64,000 nucleotides of DNA from a virus. The position numbers and the translations under genes are program-made. Below the pieces are notes generated by a model, which worked only from the letters and a program-made list of their open reading frames with translations, was not told the origin of the DNA and ran no database searches. The stretch is taken from positions 1-64,000 of the IMG/VR virus record IMGVR_UViG_3300045921_000146. One strand, given 5' to 3'. Below are positions 58,232-64,000 of this stretch, one piece after another (within the stretch, counting starts at the first letter, position 1; each line of letters opens with the position of its first letter).

Positions 58232-58510
58232 TTAAATAGTAGGCACCAAGCAAATGTCCATAATAAAGCCCGTGTTCTTAAATTCTTTAATGGTCTCAGG
58301 GTAAGCCTCGGCCTCTTTAACGAACTTTTGGGGGTTGGTGAAAAACTGGTGGAGGTCTCCAGTTTGCCCTACCCACTTTACTCCAGTTAAAACTATGTAG
58401 CTTTCTTGTACTTCTAGTAGCGTGCCTAGGTAGTAGTAAGTTGGAGTTCTAACGAAAACTTTAGCTCCTACCTCGAAAACCTGGGCGGCCATACCTACCT
58501 TTAAATTCAT
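58232..58510 (-). CDS. Sm/LSm-like fold protein
   Basis: GAKVFVRT.TYYYLGTL.EV..YIVL..VKWV..TG; AGGAGG RBS. Confidence 0.65.
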   Translation of the reverse strand: MNLKVGMAAQVFEVGAKVFVRTPTYYYLGTLLEVQESYIVLTGVKWVGQTGDLHQFFTNPQKFVKEAEAYPETIKEFKNTGFIMDICLVPTI

Positions 58511-58949
58511 AAATCCTCCTATAGTGTATAAGTTAGTTAGTATATAAGTTAGTTATAGTTAATTAAAGTTTTAAAACTCCTACCCCTTTTTATAATATAT
58601 AAATAAAGGGAGTAGAAGAGGTTACCCTTTGACTCAAGTACAGTAAAGGTACGACCTCCTTTTATAACCCCCCTTATAGAAAATAGGGGTACTTTTAGTA
58701 GTAGCAATAAAGAAGCCAAACCAATTTGAACCTAGTGCCCTTTCAGCTTCCGTAGTAGTGTAAATAGTGGACAAGTGAGAAGTAGTAGTACAGTTAGTAG
58801 GGGAGTTGGTTTTAGAAGTAGTAGAATTAGAGTAAGTAGTTGAAATTGTTGGAGTATTGATATGGGTATTAGTGGTAATAATAGCTAGTTTTTGAACCAC
58901 AGGTCGCATAACAGCCTCCCAAACCCCTAAAATCACTAATAAAACTACC

Positions 58950-59006
58950 ATTTTTACCACTTTTACCTCTATTTCCACTATTTCCACCACTTTTACCACT
59001 ATTTCT
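58950..59006. repeat. Degenerate ~9-nt tandem repeat (TTTTACCAC/ATTTCCACT)
   Basis: Directly visible periodicity. Confidence 0.6.
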
Positions 59007-59063
59007 AATATTAAAAACCAAATTTAATTTGAACGTAGTCCCTTTTCGTATATTACTAACACT

Positions 59064-59196
59064 AATACGCCTCAAATTGATACGGCTCATATTGGTACGG
59101 CTCAAAACGATATACGGCCTAAAAATTGCATAATAGCAATAATTATACCAACTCATATTGGTACGGCTCAAACTAATACAGCTCATAATGGTACGC
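59064..59196. repeat. Iteron-like ~15-nt repeats (TGGTACGGCTCA[AT]A)
   Basis: About 8 degenerate copies, with further copies near 59398 and 59431. Confidence 0.7.
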
Positions 59197-59534
59197 TTGC
59201 AAGCCTTATGCCAATGCCAATTAAGGTTAGCTTATCCGGACAATAACGTAAATTATTGATATTATTAATAATAAAACCAATTCTACCCATTGTACGCCTA
59301 CCCATACTGTATTAAAAATAGACGACTCACTATAAAACACTATACAGTGCCAATATAAGGCCGACAATCCGGTTTTAAGCCCCTATTGACTCAATATAGT
59401 ACGGCTAAGGTTTATACGAATTAAAACTGTTATACGGCTCATAGTGGTACGTTATTAAGGAATACAAGGGGTTAGCGGCGGCCCGACCATTGCTAGTAGG
59501 GTTAACAAGATTAACTTAAAGAAGAGGAGACTGT

Positions 59535-59756
59535 ATGAGAACACCAAGCATTGAGATTAAGAAGCTTAACTTGCAAAAGGTTGAGATACAATTGGCCGTC
59601 TTAGAGCAAAGAATTGATGATGCTAAGGCTAAGGTAGCGGACCTAGAGTCTAAACACGACGAAAGACTGGCCCTACTACAAAGCTTGCAAGCGGAACTGA
59701 ACGGCTTAGTGGCCTCTAAGACTGAAGACATCCAATCCCCCTTTGGCAAGCAATAA
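59535..59756 (+). CDS. Small coiled-coil protein
   Basis: GAGGAG RBS; heptad repeats. Confidence 0.7.
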   Translation: MRTPSIEIKKLNLQKVEIQLAVLEQRIDDAKAKVADLESKHDERLALLQSLQAELNGLVASKTEDIQSPFGKQ

Positions 59757-59765
59757 GCGTGCCAA

Positions 59766-59790
59766 GCAGCCCGAAAGGGCTGTTTTTTAT
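59766..59790 (+). terminator. Intrinsic terminator
   Basis: GCAGCCC-GAAA-GGGCTGT followed by a T tract. Confidence 0.8.
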
Positions 59791-59915
59791 TTGCCTTGGT
59801 CCGGACCGATCTAGCGTAAAGTGTCACCGTCTCAATTTGAGCCGTAAATACGACTATAACTTATACAACTGCCAAACTACTGTAAACACGACTAATTTTC
59901 ATATTAATACACTTA

Positions 59916-59944
59916 TTGACCAAATTATAGCCTATTCTTATATT
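59916..59944 (+). promoter_or_regulatory. Sigma70-like promoter
   Basis: TTGACC-N17-TATATT. Confidence 0.5.
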
Positions 59945-60018
59945 GATACCTTAATGATTACAATAACTTACAATTGGCAGCAATATTGCTACTAATAATA
60001 AGCAAAGGAGACCGTACT

Positions 60019-60159
60019 ATGTATAAGATCATACTAAGTCAAGATAGAACCAGAGCAGTGATTCACTTTGAGACGCATTCAGTTCAGGTTACAGCTACCA
60101 ATAGTAGCTTGAATGTGCTTTATTTACTTGAAACGTTGGGTTTTATTAAACTGAAATAA
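60019..60159 (+). CDS. Small hypothetical protein
   Basis: AAGGAG RBS before MYKIILS. Confidence 0.6.
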   Translation: MYKIILSQDRTRAVIHFETHSVQVTATNSSLNVLYLLETLGFIKLK

Positions 60160-60172
60160 CCGAGGAGATGAT

Positions 60173-60841
60173 ATGCAATATCTAAGTCAAAATGAAAAAA
60201 TGAAGCGTAGCTCTACTGTTTTTGATCTATACAATTGGGGAATCCCGGCCTTCCTAAGCAAGGACGGACTGAAGACCTGTCCCAATGCGAAACACTGCGT
60301 CGCAGGTTGTTATGCAAAGAGCGGTGCTTATCTGTTCTCCAATGTTGCGGCTAAATACGAACAGCGGCTGGGCTTGGCCTTATCTCCGCATTTTGTGGAC
60401 ACTATCAGTCTTGATATCGCTAAGGCTTGCAAGACTGCCTCAAAACGAAGCAAGAGTCCCCTCATAAGAGTACACGATAGCGGCGATTTTTTTAGCCTGG
60501 ACTATACTCTTTCTTGGTTTAGGGTTATGAAAGCCTTCCCTCACGTTCCCTTTTATGCTTATACGAAGCAAGTCGAGCTTTTAAAGGACTTAAAGAATGC
60601 AAATACCATACCCGATAACCTCACTCTTATTTACTCTTATGGCGGTAAACAGGATTATTTAATCGACCCGACTAAGGACCGACACTCTAGGGTTTTTGAG
60701 ACATTAGAGCAAGCCTTAAAAGAAGGTTACGCCGATGCGTCTCACGATGATACAGTGGCGCTAGGGGAGAATCACCGTATCGGACTAGTATATCACGGAG
60801 TGAAGCGGTACGACAATACTGCTTGGGATAAGGTGAAATAA
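60173..60841 (+). CDS. GP88-like (radical-SAM-related) phage protein
   Basis: TCPNAKHCVAGCYA, IRVHDSGDF and YAYTK. Confidence 0.8.
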   Translation: MQYLSQNEKMKRSSTVFDLYNWGIPAFLSKDGLKTCPNAKHCVAGCYAKSGAYLFSNVAAKYEQRLGLALSPHFVDTISLDIAKACKTASKRSKSPLIRVHDSGDFFSLDYTLSWFRVMKAFPHVPFYAYTKQVELLKDLKNANTIPDNLTLIYSYGGKQDYLIDPTKDRHSRVFETLEQALKEGYADASHDDTVALGENHRIGLVYHGVKRYDNTAWDKVK

Positions 60842-60856
60842 AAATTAAGGCGGCCC

Positions 60857-60883
60857 TTTAGGTTTTTTTGAGGCCGCCGATAA
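60857..60883 (+). promoter_or_regulatory. Sigma28-like promoter
   Basis: TTTA-N15-GCCGATAA. Confidence 0.55.
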
Positions 60884-60905
60884 GAAAATAACCAAGGGAG
60901 ACAGT

Positions 60906-61166
60906 ATGCTTAAGCTTGACCATACCAAACTAAGTCACTATGACTTCACTGAAGACATGATTTTTACCGTGACTTTTACCAATTTTCAGCATAGATATAT
61001 TGGTTTCGAGGTTGTATCATCTAACGCAATTGAAGCCTATTTAAATGCATTAGATAAGGCAAAAAATCATAATATGAATGAGTTTAAATGGGTTTTGGAA
61101 TCTATTCATTTAAAAGATTCTGTAAAAAACTGCACTAATGAATTAAAAAAATACCAGACAGACTAA
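60906..61166 (+). CDS. Hypothetical early protein
   Basis: AAGGGAG RBS. Confidence 0.6.
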   Translation: MLKLDHTKLSHYDFTEDMIFTVTFTNFQHRYIGFEVVSSNAIEAYLNALDKAKNHNMNEFKWVLESIHLKDSVKNCTNELKKYQTD

Positions 61167-61190
61167 AGTAAACCACAATCAGACCGATAA
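61164..61190 (+). promoter_or_regulatory. Sigma28-like promoter
   Basis: TAAA(G)-N15-ACCGATAA. Confidence 0.6.
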
Positions 61191-61214
61191 GAACAAATAA
61201 CCAAGGGAGAGAGC

Positions 61215-61403
61215 ATGATTGACTTAGATAAGTTACACAATATCGAATTGGACGGTGTATTTTTTTGGGACTACCCCGATTTTTGTGACGCATACATCGG
61301 GTATGCAGAGATTGACGGCGTCCCATTGACTGAAGAGGAATTGAATGAGGTCAATGAAAACAGCCAATTCGTTTACGAACAAGTGATCAAAAAATTATAC
61401 TAG
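61215..61403 (+). CDS. Small acidic conserved phage protein (DYPDFCDAYI motif)
   Basis: Recognisable phage motif DYPDF.DAYI..A...G..LT.EEL. Confidence 0.7.
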   Translation: MIDLDKLHNIELDGVFFWDYPDFCDAYIGYAEIDGVPLTEEELNEVNENSQFVYEQVIKKLY

Positions 61404-61544
61404 GAGGAGGAATTATGACTAGAATTGAGACTTTTATTATCGGTACTTTTATTATCTTTACTGCCTTTGTTATAAGTTATACAGCAAAGACCATACCAAC
61501 TAAGGCTGAAATTAAAACCACTATAACTAAATAAGGGAGACATT

Positions 61545-61790
61545 ATGCGCAAGATGAGAAACAAAGACGGCCACACCATTAATGTGATAGAGCATATCAT
61601 TTTGAGAAATTTTTGGGAATATTATGTCACCGACCAGAATTATGGAGAAGGCCTTCAGTTTTGTCTAGTATTGGGCGACTATGAGGAGCTGGGAGACGTT
61701 TACTTGCCCGAGCTTAGTCCCTATATTGTGTCTAGGACCAAAAAACTGGCGTCCGTCATGCCAGCCCCTGGCTGGGAATGGGAGTCTTAA
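61545..61790 (+). CDS. Hypothetical protein (G..ELG.V.L.EL motif)
   Basis: AAGGGAG RBS; DUF2958-like motif. Confidence 0.6.
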   Translation: MRKMRNKDGHTINVIEHIILRNFWEYYVTDQNYGEGLQFCLVLGDYEELGDVYLPELSPYIVSRTKKLASVMPAPGWEWES

Positions 61791-61869
61791 AATGAGACAA
61801 AGACTAGAATTGGCTCTATATATGGTATTGATTTTATTGATGATTTTAATTTTTTAATGGAGGATCATT

Positions 61870-62106
61870 ATGAGAATTATGACAATGACTGTAAAGTGCA
61901 GTGATATGTTTTATTGCGACATAAAGGACGGAGATAAGTATCTTGTGGAAGGTTATGAGGGGTATGTCCCCGATTTTATGCCCGACGAACACTACGGGGA
62001 TTATGTAGTCCTGGACATTGACTTAGATTCAGGGCGAATCGTGAATTGGAGAACGGACTCCGCTTTTAAGTCAGACATTAAAAGATTCCTAGACAAGCAC
62101 AAGTAA
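61870..62106 (+). CDS. Conserved phage protein (GYVPDFMP..HYGDYV.LDID..G.I.NW)
   Basis: GGAGG RBS; recognisable motif. Confidence 0.7.
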   Translation: MRIMTMTVKCSDMFYCDIKDGDKYLVEGYEGYVPDFMPDEHYGDYVVLDIDLDSGRIVNWRTDSAFKSDIKRFLDKHK

Positions 62107-62112
62107 ACCTCT

Positions 62113-62141
62113 AAGGCCTCATAATTGAGGCCCTGTTTTTT
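62113..62141 (+). terminator. Intrinsic terminator
   Basis: GGCCTCA-TAAT-TGAGGCC followed by a T tract. Confidence 0.7.
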
Positions 62142-62381
62142 GTCGGCCAATCCGGTCTGAGTCTCAATATAAGCCACACTGTCAAATTAATATATTATGT
62201 ATATAAGTTCTACAATAGCCTAAGTAGCTGTATTTGTTGTGCTATTTTAAATAATTATCGTATTGGTACGAATAATGTAAATAAAATAAACACGTCTCAA
62301 TCCGGTATAACTAGCAATTTCAGTCACTTATGAATGGCATGGCTAATGCAATAGAGTATTGTGTAACAAGTGAGGGACAAG

Positions 62382-62531
62382 ATGAACAAGCAAGTAATCT
62401 ACAGACCAAACAAAGGCGGACAAAACGGCTGGCTGGACGTATATGTAAACGGTAAACTGAAAATTAGTTTCACCGTTGACGCCGAGCAAGCTCAAGAAAA
62501 AATGGCCGCCATTAAAGAATTGTTGAAATAA
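62382..62531 (+). CDS. Small hypothetical protein (49 aa)
   Basis: GAGGG RBS; downstream of a sigma54-like motif. Confidence 0.55.
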   Translation: MNKQVIYRPNKGGQNGWLDVYVNGKLKISFTVDAEQAQEKMAAIKELLK

Positions 62532-62593
62532 TTGCTTAAGTTATATTAAAAAAAACCGATATAATAATAACAATAAAACAAAGGAGAGATGAG

Positions 62594-62812
62594 ATGAAAA
62601 AACAAGATGTATTTAAAAGACTAGAAGAAGAAGTGATTCGTTCCGGTAAAACTAAGGCTGAATTCATTGCAGAATTGGACAAATCAGCTAGACCAAAGGT
62701 CGGTTTGGCTTATGCTTTCGGCTTAGTTACAGCGGCTTATACAGGTACGTTTAATAATGAGACTGTTTGTCGGTATATCAGAGAATGGAAAAAATCAGGC
62801 CGAGTGTCTTAA
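62594..62812 (+). CDS. Hypothetical protein
   Basis: AAGGAG RBS; sigma28-like motif at 62536-62562. Confidence 0.6.
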   Translation: MKKQDVFKRLEEEVIRSGKTKAEFIAELDKSARPKVGLAYAFGLVTAAYTGTFNNETVCRYIREWKKSGRVS

Positions 62813-62996
62813 TACAAGACGCTTGGTTGGTCGGGTGCCCCTACTCCCCCCAAAGGGGGGACCCGTACCATTTCGATACGCCCACAATAACCAGAGGGAC
62901 ACAGACCTTAAAATTAAAAATCAAAAAACTAACACCACTACCACTTATACCACTTCAATTACAACGAACACAATTAGCCGTAGTTCAATTTAAACC

Positions 62997-63326
62997 TCAA
63001 GGGGTATGGTCAGGTATAGGGTCGGGCTTAAAAACCAACCTGAGCCCTTTTAAAGGGGCGACTTTGTGTTGACTCCCGTACAGGATCATCTCAGTTTTAG
63101 TTATAGGCTTAACTAAACTAATAGGCCAACTATCGTAAGTATTTGTTTTTATTTGTATTATATCTCCGTAGTGAGTTAGTACTGTATATACGCCTTTAAA
63201 TACGTCTAGTATTATTTCTACTCCTACTATCTTTCCTTTTAAAGTTAAACCTAGTACTTGGCCTCGTACGAACTTAGGGGGGGAGTCGGAAGGGGGGTGC
63301 TTTAATTTTTCGTTTTTATTTTTCAT
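62997..63326 (-). CDS. Small SH3/KOW-like protein (TEMILYGS)
   Basis: KFVRGQVL..G.IVGV. Confidence 0.6.
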   Translation of the reverse strand: MKNKNEKLKHPPSDSPPKFVRGQVLGLTLKGKIVGVEIILDVFKGVYTVLTHYGDIIQIKTNTYDSWPISLVKPITKTEMILYGSQHKVAPLKGLRLVFKPDPIPDHTP

Positions 63327-63349
63327 CTAGTTCTAAAATTTTAAAAAAA

Positions 63350-63577
63350 TTATTTTTCGGGGTTGCTGTATAGTATTTCAGCTACTGGGTCTACTATTTT
63401 AAATCTTTTACTATGTATTCTACTAGTACCTACGGTGTAAGTTCTACCTGTGCCTAAGTTTTTTACGTGGTAGCCTATCAAGTATTTGTCTACGTAGTGG
63501 TGCCCTGTTATTTGGTATTCGTACATGGACGTCTTCAAAATCAAACCTACGGGGTATCGGCTAAAGTTTGGGGGCAT
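63350..63577 (-). CDS. Small SH3/KOW-like protein (ends VAEILYSNPEK)
   Basis: RYPVGLIL start. Confidence 0.65.
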   Translation of the reverse strand: MPPNFSRYPVGLILKTSMYEYQITGHHYVDKYLIGYHVKNLGTGRTYTVGTSRIHSKRFKIVDPVAEILYSNPEK

Positions 63578-63587
63578 CGTTAAGCCT

Positions 63588-63866
63588 TTAGTCCTCGTCA
63601 GGTTGACTTAATTGGTTTAAGTGTTCTTTTTTTACGTACAAGGTAATTTCTGCTTGAGTCAAGGGTCTAGTTTTAAGGGTAGTTTCTTTTATTGGGAATA
63701 TTTTGTTCATGGTCATTATACTTAGTATTGTAGTTACTGTTTCGTCGTCTACTACTACGAATTCTAATTTTAGTCCTTCTGGTAGTACTTCTACTACCTT
63801 ACAATAGGTGAACCCCTTCTCCCCAGGATTTATGGCCGTACGTAGGTCTCCTACCTTAAAGCTCAC
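63588..63866 (-). CDS. Small SH3/KOW-like protein (AEITLYV)
   Basis: MSFKVGDL start; GGAGG RBS. Confidence 0.65.
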   Translation of the reverse strand: MSFKVGDLRTAINPGEKGFTYCKVVEVLPEGLKLEFVVVDDETVTTILSIMTMNKIFPIKETTLKTRPLTQAEITLYVKKEHLNQLSQPDED

Positions 63867-64000
63867 TTAGCCTCCGGCCCGTACAGGATAAGTTCAGCGT
63901 CAGTAGCCTTTCTAAACATAGTGTGTACTAAGGCGGTAGCCAATTCTGTACCTACTCCTTGGTAAACCAAACCTGGGTAGGCTACGACGTACCTAGGGAC
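63863..64000 (-). CDS. Partial ORF ending AELILYGPEAK
   Basis: Open frame from the window end to TGA at 63863, overlapping the next GTG. Confidence 0.55.
   Translation of the reverse strand, partial: VPRYVVAYPGLVYQGVGTELATALVHTMFRKATDAELILYGPEAK

Noticed and set aside
58634-59186. ORFs 58634-58999 and 58869-59186
   Set aside because: They are low-complexity translations of the repeats and have no RBS.
59064-59196. Mini-CRISPR interpretation of the TACGGCTCA repeats
   Set aside because: The period of about 15 nt is too short and there are no unique spacers.
1-64000. Stop-codon reassignment
   Set aside because: Conserved enzymes are full length under the standard code, and TAA, TAG and TGA all terminate genes.

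Overview
This is a 64-kb internal segment of a large AT-rich tailed dsDNA bacteriophage, probably myovirus-like, read with the standard genetic code. On the + strand, 1-13.7 kb carries baseplate and tail-fibre genes, a holin, three small basic proteins and an M15 endolysin. On the - strand, 13.9-58.5 kb carries a tRNA-Asn and nucleotide-metabolism genes (ThyX, class II RNR, dUTPase, dNMP kinase). The same strand holds replication, recombination and repair genes (PolA, primase-helicase fusion, ligase, RecA, ERF, two resolvases, UDG, DenV-like glycosylase), peptide deformylase, two ClpP-like proteases, a MoxR/VWA pair and many small ORFs. Three inteins interrupt catalytic motifs. A repeat-rich non-coding strand switch lies at 58.5-59.5 kb, followed by an early-gene-like + strand island at 59.5-62.8 kb. 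The most unusual signals are: (1) about 15 small proteins sharing a C-terminal [KE]-[IV]-L-[YF]-[GS] tag; (2) an Sm-like gene followed by three tandem Ser/Arg/Trp-rich peptides with a conserved leader; (3) a 200-nt tRNA-shaped RNA upstream of recA; (4) clustered sigma54- and sigma28-like promoter motifs. All calls come from motif reading by eye; no searches were run.
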